Source of the DNA: Anaerolineales bacterium
GTDB taxonomy: Bacteria; Chloroflexota; Anaerolineae; Anaerolineales; UBA4823
NCBI GenBank assembly: GCA_025057645.1
Contig: JANXBJ010000001.1
Coordinates: 180,357-244,356 of the forward strand
DNA: 64,000 nucleotides
Direction of reading: 5' to 3'
Shown here: piece by piece, positions 1 to 8,659 of the stretch
How the letters are laid out: each line of letters opens with the position of its first letter
How positions within the stretch are numbered: the stretch's first letter is position 1
Position numbers and translations under genes: made by a program
Notes under the pieces: generated by a model
What the model was told of the DNA's origin: nothing
Databases searched by the model: none
What the model saw: the letters and a program-made list of their open reading frames with translations, nothing else

Positions 1-476
1 GCTTTGAGTAGGGATACCGGTTCGTTTGCCCAAGCTGGAATAGCCAGCCGCAGCGCTTGGGGTAGAATAATATAGAAGATTGCCTGCCATTTGGACATCC
101 CAATAGCGCGCGCTGCCAGCATTTGTTCTTCACCGACAGCGAGGATTGAACCTCGCAGATATTCTGCTTGATATGCTCCCGAGTTCAGCCCTAGGGCTAG
201 GAAAGCTGACCATTCACGGCTGAGCGCGATCCCTAAGCCGGGTAGCCCGTAATAGAGAAGGAAGAGTTGGACCAGCAGAGGAGTGCCGCGAAAAAGCTCA
301 ATATAGGCTATGGCTAAGCTGCGCCAAAACTTTCCCCCATAGGTGCGCGCTAGCGTTGCTGCCAGTCCCAGCACCAAGCCCGCCAATATCCCTTCAGCGG
401 TCAGCAATAGCGTCATTCCTATACCGCTAAGCAAGTCTGGAAAGTAGCGAACGAAGAATTCCAGAAAAGAGATCAT
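1..476 (-). CDS. Amino-acid ABC transporter permease, second permease of the operon; N-terminal ~158 aa only, C-terminus runs off the window edge
   Basis: Own translation of the minus strand from ATG at 476: [37 protein letters not shown]...[20 protein letters not shown]...[31 protein letters not shown]. This is a His/Glu/Gln/Arg-type permease signature. The ATG overlaps the stop of the upstream ATPase gene (ATGA). Confidence 0.75.
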   Translation of the reverse strand, partial: MISFLEFFVRYFPDLLSGIGMTLLLTAEGILAGLVLGLAATLARTYGGKFWRSLAIAYIELFRGTPLLVQLFLLYYGLPGLGIALSREWSAFLALGLNSGAYQAEYLRGSILAVGEEQMLAARAIGMSKWQAIFYIILPQALRLAIPAWANEPVSLLK

Positions 477-1264
477 CCCTTTTCTCTCTTGCCGTAAAGC
501 TCGCTGATCCTGCCTAGGAATTCTCGCGTGCGGGCCTGCTGGGGACGTTCAAAAAGATCTTCCGGGGTACCTTCCTCAACGATGCGCCCTTTCTCCATGA
601 AGATAATGCGGTCAGCTACTTCACGAGCGAACCCCATCTCGTGGGTAACAACCAACATGGTCATGTGCTCGTGTGCCAACTGTTCCATCACTCCTAAAAC
701 CTCGCCGATGAGTTCAGGGTCGAGTGCCGAAGTCGGTTCGTCGAAGAGCATTACTAAGGGATCCATGGCTAGGGCGCGAGCAATGGCAACGCGTTGTTGC
801 TGACCTCCGGAAAGCTGAGCGGGGTAGTGGTGGGCACGATCGGCAAGACCAACCCGTTCTAGTTCTTGGAGGGCTTTTTCTTTAGCTTGGTTGTGAGGCA
901 TCTTTTTCACTTTGGTTAGACCGACCATAACGTTCCCTAGAGCGGTTAAGTGATTAAAGAGGAGAAAGTTCTGGAACACCATGCCGATCTTCTGGCGCAC
1001 CTGATCTTGATTGACCGAAGGGGCGGTAATCTCCTCGCCTTCTAGAAAAATTTGGCCGCTGTCAACAGGGGTTAAGAGGTTAAGACAGCGCAGAAGAGTG
1101 CTCTTGCCCGTGCCGCTTGGACCGATGATGACAATCGTTTCGCCTTTGTAGACGTCCAGAGAGATGTTCTTGAAGATGACATTTTCGCCGTAGGTTTTGG
1201 TCAAGTTTTTGGCTTGCAAAATGGGGGGGAATTCTCTCATGAGGACTTGCTCCATAGAATTCAC
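473..1264 (-). CDS. Polar amino-acid ABC transporter ATP-binding protein (GlnQ/HisP-like)
   Basis: Walker [12 protein letters not shown] signature [15 protein letters not shown], Walker [14 protein letters not shown]-loop VTHEM. 4-bp overlaps with both flanking permease genes. Confidence 0.95.
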   Translation of the reverse strand: MNSMEQVLMREFPPILQAKNLTKTYGENVIFKNISLDVYKGETIVIIGPSGTGKSTLLRCLNLLTPVDSGQIFLEGEEITAPSVNQDQVRQKIGMVFQNFLLFNHLTALGNVMVGLTKVKKMPHNQAKEKALQELERVGLADRAHHYPAQLSGGQQQRVAIARALAMDPLVMLFDEPTSALDPELIGEVLGVMEQLAHEHMTMLVVTHEMGFAREVADRIIFMEKGRIVEEGTPEDLFERPQQARTREFLGRISELYGKREKG

Positions 1265-1908
1265 GCTGCTGCATTGGGAAGTTTAGTTTTTTCAGCGAGA
1301 AGGTCAAGGCCACGGTTGGCAAGAAATACCAAGATAAAGTAAATTAGTGCGGCTGCTCCGAATGCCAAAAAGGGTTGTTGGGTGGTTGCGCTAAGTTGTT
1401 GGGCGCGGCGCAGAATTTCTGGGACACCTAGGGCATAGACCAGGGAAGAGTCTTTGAGGACAATCGAGGCTTCATTGGACCAAGGCGGGATTGCTAAACG
1501 AATGGCTTGAGGAAGGATGATATAGCGAATGGCTTGAAAGCGGCTCATCCCAATAGCTCGCGCAGCAATCATTTGACTTTCTCCAACGGCTTGAAGAGCT
1601 CCCCGCAGAATTTCCATTTGATAGGCAGAACTGATGATCCCAAGCGAGATCGAACCAGCCCAGAAGGGGCTAAGGTTAACTAGGCGGCCAGAGAGCAGAA
1701 AATAAAGAACGAAGAGTAATGCTACAGGAGGGACTCCGCGCATAGCTAAACTGTAAACAGCCGCCAAGCGGGATACCCAAAGGCCTCCGTAGTTGTAGAG
1801 CAACGCGAACGCTAGGCCAAGAATCAGGCCAAGTGGCAAGGCCACCAAAGTGACTGCGAGAGTGACTGACGTACCCTGGAGGATGTAGGTGAAAAATTGA
1901 ATAACCAT
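1261..1908 (-). CDS. Polar amino-acid ABC transporter permease
   Basis: 215 aa, multi-[36 protein letters not shown] is the EAA-loop region typical of HisM/GlnP-family permeases. Translationally coupled to the ATPase gene. Confidence 0.9.
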   Translation of the reverse strand: MVIQFFTYILQGTSVTLAVTLVALPLGLILGLAFALLYNYGGLWVSRLAAVYSLAMRGVPPVALLFVLYFLLSGRLVNLSPFWAGSISLGIISSAYQMEILRGALQAVGESQMIAARAIGMSRFQAIRYIILPQAIRLAIPPWSNEASIVLKDSSLVYALGVPEILRRAQQLSATTQQPFLAFGAAALIYFILVFLANRGLDLLAEKTKLPNAAA

Positions 1909-1961
1909 GAGGAACTAAGACATTTTTGCGGGGCAGGGTTCTCCCCTGCCCCGTTTCTGAG

Positions 1962-2741
1962 CTACTCAGTCAAGTACTTCTGCGCCAGTTGATCGATAAA
2001 TCCCTCCTGCTTAAGTTGCTTAAGGATATCGTTGATTGCTGCGGCAAGCTCCGTGTCTCCTTCAGGCAGGACGATGTTCATCGGCCCGCTAGAAAGCACC
2101 CCGGTGTAGACGATCTTTAAGCCGCCGATCTTTTGGGCTAGGGCTTTGGCAGGGATGGCATCAGCCATCATAACCTCGATACGCCCGCTTTTGAGGTCCA
2201 GGGCGGCCTGATCGGCTCGATCGTAGCGGAAGAGATTCTGTTCGGGCATCTTGAGCACATTGGTTAACCAATCGTCCTGGGTTGTCCCACTCTGGACGCC
2301 TACTTTATATTGTGCAACGTCTTCAGGTTGGGTGATAGTGCCGGTGAACGTCTCGGCGACAAGAAAGGCATCTTCGGCCGTATAGTAGGGATCGCTGAAG
2401 TCAACCACTTTATCGCGTTCTTCGGTGTAATTGAAGGCTGAGATCGAACAGTCGATTTTGCCTTCTTGAACGCCGGCGATTAGGCTGTCGAAGGGCATAT
2501 CCACCCATTCCACCTTAACGCCTAGCCGCTTGCCGATCTCTTCCATCAGCTCGATGTCAAAGCCAACCTTATTGCCGCTCTCGTCCACGTATTCGAAGGG
2601 GGGATAGTCTGCGCTAGTCCCAACCTTGATCACCCCGGCTTGCTTGATCCTTTCGAGGCGGCTCTGAGGCGCTTCCCTACACCCGCTGAGCGGCAAGCTG
2701 ATCAAAACGAGAAAGGCAAGAAACCGAATGATCGTTTTCAT
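1962..2741 (-). CDS. Amino-acid ABC transporter substrate-binding lipoprotein (SBP family 3)
   Basis: Signal peptide with lipobox LPLSGC. Family-3 SBP pattern GTSADYPPFEY...GFDIELMEEIGKRLG...FDSLIAGVQEGKIDCSISAFNYTEER. First gene of the transporter operon. Confidence 0.9.
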   Translation of the reverse strand: MKTIIRFLAFLVLISLPLSGCREAPQSRLERIKQAGVIKVGTSADYPPFEYVDESGNKVGFDIELMEEIGKRLGVKVEWVDMPFDSLIAGVQEGKIDCSISAFNYTEERDKVVDFSDPYYTAEDAFLVAETFTGTITQPEDVAQYKVGVQSGTTQDDWLTNVLKMPEQNLFRYDRADQAALDLKSGRIEVMMADAIPAKALAQKIGGLKIVYTGVLSSGPMNIVLPEGDTELAAAINDILKQLKQEGFIDQLAQKYLTE

Positions 2742-2963
2742 CTCTCCATCCTTCTGGGTCGGGGTGGTTTTGGATTAGGCTGACGAGTTTACCATACCAC
2801 AACACGAACGGTTATACAAGTGAAAAATGTCACTCTAGGCCATTAAGGCTGCTTTCTGCAGACCCCAGCAGCCGCGCTGATTTGCAAGTAATGTCTCGCC
2901 GAGCCTTTTTGCGCTTCTAATATTTTGGGCAAGGACGCACCGAGGATGGTGCTGAGATACTCT

Positions 2964-3542
2964 CTATCTTACTACGATCTCCATGTAAATAGGGTCACCG
3001 AAAGGCCTTCCCTCAGGATCAAAGGCTTGCCACACGCTCCGGACTCTCCCGGGTTCTTGAGGCGCTGTGAAACGAATGTGAATTTGAAACTTCGTGCCGC
3101 TCCGGGCTGGGTAAAGAGCTTGTTCTGGTTTTGCACCGAGCTCCGAACCCCCGATAAGTTTCAGCCGGTAGCGTTCGTCCCAGTTGCAGGTGCCACTGTT
3201 CTCTACTTCCCACACCTTATCGAGGATGGCGCTGCGTTCTACTTCGCTGCCATCGGGAATTGTTACGTCGGAGAGAAACCGCAACGAGTTCACACAGTCC
3301 AGGGTGGGAGTAGGTGCTTCTTTCTCCTCAACAAGGACCGGAACCGCCGGAACTGAAGCCGCGGGCGGAGGAGGAACAAAGACTCCTTCGGGGTAGGAAG
3401 CATCTTTTTCTCCACTGCTACAAGCACTTGTGAGGGAAGAGCAACAGATGAGCAAGAAAGAAAGGAACTGCGCAGGAACAGAAAATGGAAGAGCCGGAGC
3501 GGAAAATATTCTTCCAGAGTGGAAGTTAGAGGGGAAAGACAT
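2964..3542 (-). CDS. Secreted lipoprotein with NBR1-FW-like Ig-fold domain
   Basis: Start chosen at internal ATG 3542 (MSFPSNF...), which gives a signal peptide and lipobox LTSAC. The C-terminal block DVTIPDGSEV...VWEVENSGTCNWDERYRLKLIGG...RFTAPQEPGRVRSVWQAFDPEGRPFGDPIYMEIVV resembles the bacterial NBR1-like domain. The alternative start at 3617 is not excluded. Confidence 0.6.
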   Translation of the reverse strand: MSFPSNFHSGRIFSAPALPFSVPAQFLSFLLICCSSLTSACSSGEKDASYPEGVFVPPPPAASVPAVPVLVEEKEAPTPTLDCVNSLRFLSDVTIPDGSEVERSAILDKVWEVENSGTCNWDERYRLKLIGGSELGAKPEQALYPARSGTKFQIHIRFTAPQEPGRVRSVWQAFDPEGRPFGDPIYMEIVVR

Positions 3543-3665
3543 TCGGTTGCAACGGACTTCAAACCCAGGGACTATGGACAAGGCACAAATCCATTGTCGT
3601 GCAGAGGATTGCCACAATTAGTCCATTGTTGTGCGAAGGATTGCCAAAAGCACCTCTGTTTTGGA

Positions 3666-4745
3666 TCAGAGGAGGTCGGCAGCAAAGTCCTCTTCATCGC
3701 CAGCGTGAATAGGCAAAGGTACTTCGCCGCTGAGAGCTTGTTGGCGGATTGCCAACTCGATTTCCTCTGCTAGGTCGGGGTTTTGATGGAGGAACTCTTT
3801 GGCGTTTTCCCGCCCTTGTCCGAGGCGAATCTCGCCGTAATTGTAGAACGAGCCACGCTTAGTAATGATTTCGAGCTCGGTAGCTAGGTCGAGGATATCG
3901 CCCACGCGAGAGATGCCCTCGTTGTACATAATGTCGAATTCGGCTGTGCGGAACGGTGGTGCCACTTTATTCTTGACTACCCGAACACGAGTCCGACTGC
4001 CGATGATTTCGTTTCCTAACTTGATCGATTGTATGCGGCGTACGTCTAGGCGCACAGAAGCATAGAACTTGAGCGCCATCCCTCCTGCGGTGGTTTCGGG
4101 GTTGCCGAAGACGACTCCGATCTTTTGACGCAACTGATTGGTGAAGACCACGGCAGTGTTGGTCTGTTTGATAGCACCGGAGAGCTTGCGCAAGGCTTGC
4201 GACATCAGTCGTGCTTGCATGGCCATCGGCGCATCTCCCATGTCGCCCTCGATCTCTGCTCGCGGCACCAAGGCGGCAACTGAGTCGATGATCACCACGT
4301 CAACTGCCCCTGAGCGGACCAGAGCCTCGGTGATTTCTAAAGCTTGTTCTCCGGTGTCGGGTTGTGAAATGAGCAAGGAGTCGAGGTTCACCCCACATCG
4401 TGCCGCATAATTTGGGTCTAGTGCGTGTTCCATGTCGATGAAAGCAGCTACGCCGCCCATGCGTTGGGCTTCGGCAGCGATGTGTTGGCAGATTGTGGTC
4501 TTCCCCGAGGATTCGGGGCCGAAGATTTCGGTAATCCGCCCGCGGGGAATCCCGCCGACTCCCAACGCAATATCAAGGGAGAGCGACCCCGTAGGAATGA
4601 CTTCGACAGCCAGATGGTGAGCCTCCCCGAGGCGCATAATGGCTCCTTCACCATAGCGCTTGGTGATGTCTCCGAGCGCCTTTTCTAATGCGGCTCGCCG
4701 AGCATCGTTGAGATCTGAGGGAAGGGAGGTAATTTTCTTGGCCAT
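3666..4745 (-). CDS. recA: Recombinase RecA
   Basis: Full-length match to the RecA pattern: Walker [29 protein letters not shown], loop regions, 359 aa. Confidence 0.98.
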   Translation of the reverse strand: MAKKITSLPSDLNDARRAALEKALGDITKRYGEGAIMRLGEAHHLAVEVIPTGSLSLDIALGVGGIPRGRITEIFGPESSGKTTICQHIAAEAQRMGGVAAFIDMEHALDPNYAARCGVNLDSLLISQPDTGEQALEITEALVRSGAVDVVIIDSVAALVPRAEIEGDMGDAPMAMQARLMSQALRKLSGAIKQTNTAVVFTNQLRQKIGVVFGNPETTAGGMALKFYASVRLDVRRIQSIKLGNEIIGSRTRVRVVKNKVAPPFRTAEFDIMYNEGISRVGDILDLATELEIITKRGSFYNYGEIRLGQGRENAKEFLHQNPDLAEEIELAIRQQALSGEVPLPIHAGDEEDFAADLL

Positions 4746-4836
4746 GGAATTCCTTTCTCTGCTAAGGGACTGATTCTGTAACCGGGTCTATGGAGGGTTC
4801 GAAACTGGTTTGCTCAAATGGAACATTCTACGGCGA

Positions 4837-4864
4837 AGTTTAGCACAAACGTTCTGTTTGTCAA
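4837..4864 (-). promoter_or_regulatory. Candidate sigma-70 promoter of recA (TTGACA-16-TAAACT)
   Basis: On the minus strand: TTGACA (4864..4859), 16-nt spacer, TAAACT (4842..4837). It lies ~90 nt upstream of the recA ATG, and AAAGGA precedes the ATG as an RBS. Confidence 0.45.
4842..4861 (-). promoter_or_regulatory. Candidate LexA/SOS operator inside the recA promoter spacer
   Basis: The minus strand reads ACAAACAGAACGTTTGTGCT. This is a perfect inverted repeat ACAAAC-N5-GTTTGT and contains AGAAC-GTTT-GTGCT, one mismatch from the GAAC-N4-GTTC Cheo box. Confidence 0.3.
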
Positions 4865-4880
4865 GGTTGTGGTTGCGGTT

Positions 4881-6041
4881 TTAAGGGCTCAGGGTTGCTG
4901 TGGGCGAAAAAGTCACAGACGGAGCGACAACTTCGGGGGTTTTCAGAGGAGGTGAGTTGGGCGGAGGGAGGTCGGTTGAGAAACCCTCTCCGCGCTTGTA
5001 TCGGAAGAAACTTACCCTACCGGGAAAGATTTCAATATCTAAGTGCTTACTGGTCTCCCCGGGTATCAAGATACGATACCAGCCGGCCGGTAAGTCACCG
5101 ATGACCAAGTTCTCGCTATAGTAAGGATCGCTGTTCACCGGGCCTTCGCCATAAGAGACCACCCAATACTGTCTGCCGCTCTCTAGTGAGCGCACCAATA
5201 CTCTAATGAGGCTCAGCCACTCGTCATCGAAATTTTTTATTTGACCAACAAGGAGTCCCCACCCTTGGGGGGGGACAACCCAGAGTTCCGGATTGCGACT
5301 GCGGGAAAAACTATTATCTCCGACTCGAACTTCAAAGTGCAGATGTGGACCGGTGACTTTACCCGTGGCACCTGAAAGACCCACAAGATCTCCTGCCTGG
5401 ATCGGCTGACCCACAACCAAATGGGTTTCGGAGAGGTGACCGTAGACCGTGTAGAGCGTTTGCCCCTGATAGCCAAAGTCATGGCGGATCACCACTGCCA
5501 GGCCGTAAGGATCATCCGGGTTGTGCTCGCCACTCAGCAAGCCATAGCCGCTCCATGCTACGCGTCCGGACCCAGCGGCGTAAACCGGAGATCCGACCTT
5601 AAGGGGGATATCGATCCCGGTGTGGACAAAATTACGGAAGAGAACCCCGCCATAGCGATAGTCTTCTAGTGCCCAAACTTGTGCGTCAGCCAATACCGGA
5701 CGAGTAAACAGGAAGTGGTCATGGGGGGTAGGAATCCAGGGGGTAGGATAGAGGGGTGGGCGCCAGTTGGCAATTGTATCTGTAATGGGTTGGCGAACAT
5801 TCAGGGAGTATGGATTGACTAAGGGCGAGGTTTCGGTCGCTTTGAGCTCGGTGGTAAGAGGGAGTTTAGAAGCCTCTGGGGGTGGCTCGGTGGGGGAGAG
5901 GATTATATTTGCAGCATGGGAGTCTTCTGGGACAGGTATGGATGGGGTTGCAACCGGCATAAGCGCGGGAGAGCTTGGTGGGTTGCAACTGAAAAGCAGG
6001 CTTGCGAGAAAGATGAGCCGAATAATCCCGGTGTGCCTCAT
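4881..6041 (-). CDS. M23 family metallopeptidase lipoprotein (LytM/lysostaphin-type)
   Basis: Lipobox LLFSC. M23 motifs HTGIDI (HxxxD) and GPHLHFEV (HxH). 4-bp overlap with the upstream gene. Confidence 0.9.
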   Translation of the reverse strand: MRHTGIIRLIFLASLLFSCNPPSSPALMPVATPSIPVPEDSHAANIILSPTEPPPEASKLPLTTELKATETSPLVNPYSLNVRQPITDTIANWRPPLYPTPWIPTPHDHFLFTRPVLADAQVWALEDYRYGGVLFRNFVHTGIDIPLKVGSPVYAAGSGRVAWSGYGLLSGEHNPDDPYGLAVVIRHDFGYQGQTLYTVYGHLSETHLVVGQPIQAGDLVGLSGATGKVTGPHLHFEVRVGDNSFSRSRNPELWVVPPQGWGLLVGQIKNFDDEWLSLIRVLVRSLESGRQYWVVSYGEGPVNSDPYYSENLVIGDLPAGWYRILIPGETSKHLDIEIFPGRVSFFRYKRGEGFSTDLPPPNSPPLKTPEVVAPSVTFSPTATLSP

Positions 6042-8089
6042 GGGGTCACCGAAAAGGTCGGGGAGTACGGAGGGGTTGCGGTCGCACGCAGAGTTATCGT
6101 GGGTCTTAGCGTCAGGGTCAGCGCAGGTGTTCGGGTTGGGACGCGCGTGCGGGTCGGGGTCAGTGTTGGAGAGGGGACAGGGGTTGCAGTATACAGCGCT
6201 TCTACGGGGTAGAGTTCAAGCATGGCGGAATACCAATCCAAATGATCTCGGTGGAGAAAGAGCAGATGGCGCGCAGTTACCAGGGCTGTTCGCCAGCTCG
6301 GCAACGCAGGCAGACGTTCCCAACCGTAGCGCCGGGCTAACTCTGTCAAATCGATCCAATAGCCGCTCGGTGCAAAGTTCTTCCTAGCCCCGCCTTGTTC
6401 ATAGGCTATGGGATCGCCACTATAGCGGGCGTTTAGATCAAATGGCAAATCTCGCAATGGCATTCCTTGAGTGCCGTCTTGGTAGCGAGTTTTCAAATAT
6501 AGGCGCCAATAAGTTTGGACGCCAAACTCCTCTTGGATCGCGATCAGCCAGTCGGCATTCATCGCAGCCGAGTCTAGAACAATGGCGCGTCCGGTGTAAA
6601 GCCATTCCTCGGAGGAAGAAGGAAAAGAGGGATTCGATATGGGCAGATAGGCGTTTTCGAGTCGGGAAAGGAAATCCCAGCCTGCGCGTAGCTTGATCGC
6701 CTCTCGGAGTGCTTGGAAAGACCCAATGACCTCTTCATGCAAATACGGAAATGGAACTTGAACTCCTTCCAAAGGCTTAAGCAGTTTCCGTGTTGGAGTT
6801 ATAGGCCGATCCGGAACGCTTTGAACTTCTTGGGGAAAAATCTCCATAAGGCTCGGCAGAGACTCGAAAATTGCCTCCCTTCCTTGAGGAAAGTCTTTGG
6901 GCACCCAGGTTATCCCTTGAGGTTCGGAGGAGAGAAGGATTAAGGGAAGAAGATGACGGCTTTCCTCAAGTGAGAAAGCTTGCAAGTAAAAGTGATGGGG
7001 GGTAGATAAGACACTGTAGAGTATTTTGCCGTCCTCGCTCACAATCGGTTGGCTGCCGGGTATAACTTTTCTCGGCGGTGTCCAAGGTGAGAGGGTATCC
7101 CAGCGGTAAATCCATTGGACACCTTCGTCATTCAGACTCCAAAGCAACCAACGTCCACCGTCAGACCAGGAAAGGGAGCGTACGGAGGCGGAGGTGTAAG
7201 TGCTTAGATTACGGTAGCGTCCCTCGATTCTGTCCAAGTCCGCAATCCAAAGATCGTTCTCGCCAGCGCGTTGGGAAATGAAGGCGATCTGACGTCCCCG
7301 AGGAGACCACTGAGGTGCAAAATCGGCGCCGCTTTGGGTGGTCAGTTGGAGGGTTTGTTGCTGAGGATTCTGAGGCAGATTCACTTCTTGGAGCAGGATT
7401 TCCAAATTCCCTTGTTGAGTTTGAGGATCAATCACGTACCCTTCGTGAGCGATCCACCTCCCATCCGGAGACCATGTGGGGGCACCCTCGTACTGAGGAG
7501 AGCGTGTCAGAGGGACCAACTCTCCGCTTTCTGTTGACAGAAGATACAGATCCCAATACCCCTCGCGGTTCGAGGTAAAGGCGACCCATCGGCTGTCTGG
7601 ACTGATGGCCGGATGGAGATCGTCCCACTCCCCACGAGTGAGACGCAGCCATTTTTGAGAGGCCGGTTGAAAGGCGAACAGGTGGTAGTGGTCTCGATCC
7701 AATAAGGACATGATCAGCCACCCTGTAGAGAAAGAAGAAGAGCCAACCAGAGCGGTGGACTCTAAGTCTGTTTGGATTGTTGCTGGGGAGGTCTCAGTGG
7801 AAGTTGGGGCTAATGGGGAGGCGTGCACGGGACTAAGAGTGCCAGTTAGCGCCTCGGGCGATAGGAGCGGACTTGGAGTGAGTTGCTGAGCTAAGCTCGA
7901 CAATACAGGGAGAATCCTGTGCCGAAGGGCTTCCTTTTTTAGCTTCTCTACTATCAAGATCGGATCCCCAGCGAGGAAGAATCCCAGCAATAGAACCGAG
8001 GCCAAAAGCAAGAAAATTTTGGTAGTCCCGCTTCGTCGAGGGGGTTGTGGAGGGGGCGAGGGGGAAGGAAGCGGAGAAGGCATCTGCAT
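6038..8089 (-). CDS. Membrane-anchored TolB-like PD40 beta-propeller protein with an uncharacterised C-terminal domain and PT-rich tail
   Basis: N-terminal TM segment. At least four PD40-type repeats (ISPDSRWVAFTSNREGYWDLYLL, WSPDGRWIAHEG, WSPRGRQIAFISQRAGENDLWIADL, WSDGGRWLLWS). A ~220-aa C-terminal region has no motif I recognise. Confidence 0.8.
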   Translation of the reverse strand: MQMPSPLPSPSPPPQPPRRSGTTKIFLLLASVLLLGFFLAGDPILIVEKLKKEALRHRILPVLSSLAQQLTPSPLLSPEALTGTLSPVHASPLAPTSTETSPATIQTDLESTALVGSSSFSTGWLIMSLLDRDHYHLFAFQPASQKWLRLTRGEWDDLHPAISPDSRWVAFTSNREGYWDLYLLSTESGELVPLTRSPQYEGAPTWSPDGRWIAHEGYVIDPQTQQGNLEILLQEVNLPQNPQQQTLQLTTQSGADFAPQWSPRGRQIAFISQRAGENDLWIADLDRIEGRYRNLSTYTSASVRSLSWSDGGRWLLWSLNDEGVQWIYRWDTLSPWTPPRKVIPGSQPIVSEDGKILYSVLSTPHHFYLQAFSLEESRHLLPLILLSSEPQGITWVPKDFPQGREAIFESLPSLMEIFPQEVQSVPDRPITPTRKLLKPLEGVQVPFPYLHEEVIGSFQALREAIKLRAGWDFLSRLENAYLPISNPSFPSSSEEWLYTGRAIVLDSAAMNADWLIAIQEEFGVQTYWRLYLKTRYQDGTQGMPLRDLPFDLNARYSGDPIAYEQGGARKNFAPSGYWIDLTELARRYGWERLPALPSWRTALVTARHLLFLHRDHLDWYSAMLELYPVEALYTATPVPSPTLTPTRTRVPTRTPALTLTLRPTITLRATATPPYSPTFSVTP

Positions 8090-8211
8090 GCTAAGCTACC
8101 TGGTCGTGATAGCATTTCGGCATGGCTGTTGAAGGAGGAACTCGCCTTGGAAGGTTGAACTTAAAGTAGTGCAAGTCAGATGCCAACTCCACTACACTCC
8201 AGACTCCCGCC

Positions 8212-8604
8212 TTATGAGAGCATGGGCACTTCGAAGTCAACCTGGGCCTGGTCCACCACGATTAGCGCCGATTCGATTTCCTCAGGGCGCTCTTCTAATT
8301 GCATTTCCTCTTTTAGGTAGAAAATCCTTGCTTGCAAGCGATGGGGATTGAGCACTTCACCGCGCAGGTGAAGGGTAAACTCCATGCGCGGTGAAAGCGC
8401 CTCGATAAAATTCGCACGAGCAAGCTCATGTCCTAGGGCATTTAGGACGCGAACCTCCCCACTTGGCCTCTTTTGAAATGCAGTAATGCGGAGGAAAACT
8501 CGAACTCTTTGCCCATCTGGCCGGGGTTCGACGCGCAGTTCTTTAATTCGCACCTCCTGAGGAGGAAACACCGGTTCATTGGGGTCTCGAAAGAAAGCTT
8601 CCAT
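8212..8604 (-). CDS. Hypothetical protein, 130 aa
   Basis: Clean ORF in the same orientation as its neighbours. No signal peptide and no recognisable motif. Confidence 0.55.
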   Translation of the reverse strand: MEAFFRDPNEPVFPPQEVRIKELRVEPRPDGQRVRVFLRITAFQKRPSGEVRVLNALGHELARANFIEALSPRMEFTLHLRGEVLNPHRLQARIFYLKEEMQLEERPEEIESALIVVDQAQVDFEVPMLS

Positions 8605-8659
8605 AAGATCGCCTTGAAGGGATTAGGACTCTAGCCAACTCAGATCAACGTCATCGTTT

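Noticed and set aside
2925-3356. 143-aa plus-strand ORF opposite the NBR1-like lipoprotein gene, with small ORFs at 3019..3621
   Set aside because: The minus-strand frame has a signal peptide, a lipobox and a recognisable domain. The others are overlapping shadows.
4796-4804. GGTTCGAAA, a tRNA T-loop-like string upstream of recA
   Set aside because: No complementary T-stem, acceptor stem or anticodon arm can be drawn around it. It lies within the recA 5' leader.
6050-6200. Apparent repetitiveness (GGTxGGGxT-type) here and at 51440..51760 and 9650..9780
   Set aside because: These are imperfect codon-level repeats encoding Pro/Thr-rich linkers on the minus strand. They are not tandem DNA repeats, CRISPR or satellite sequence.
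5767-6387. 206-aa ORF on the plus strand spanning the M23/TolB-like gene junction (also 5916..6212 +)
   Set aside because: Antisense to two well-supported, motif-bearing genes. Gly/Ser/Arg-rich shadow of the PT-rich coding strand.
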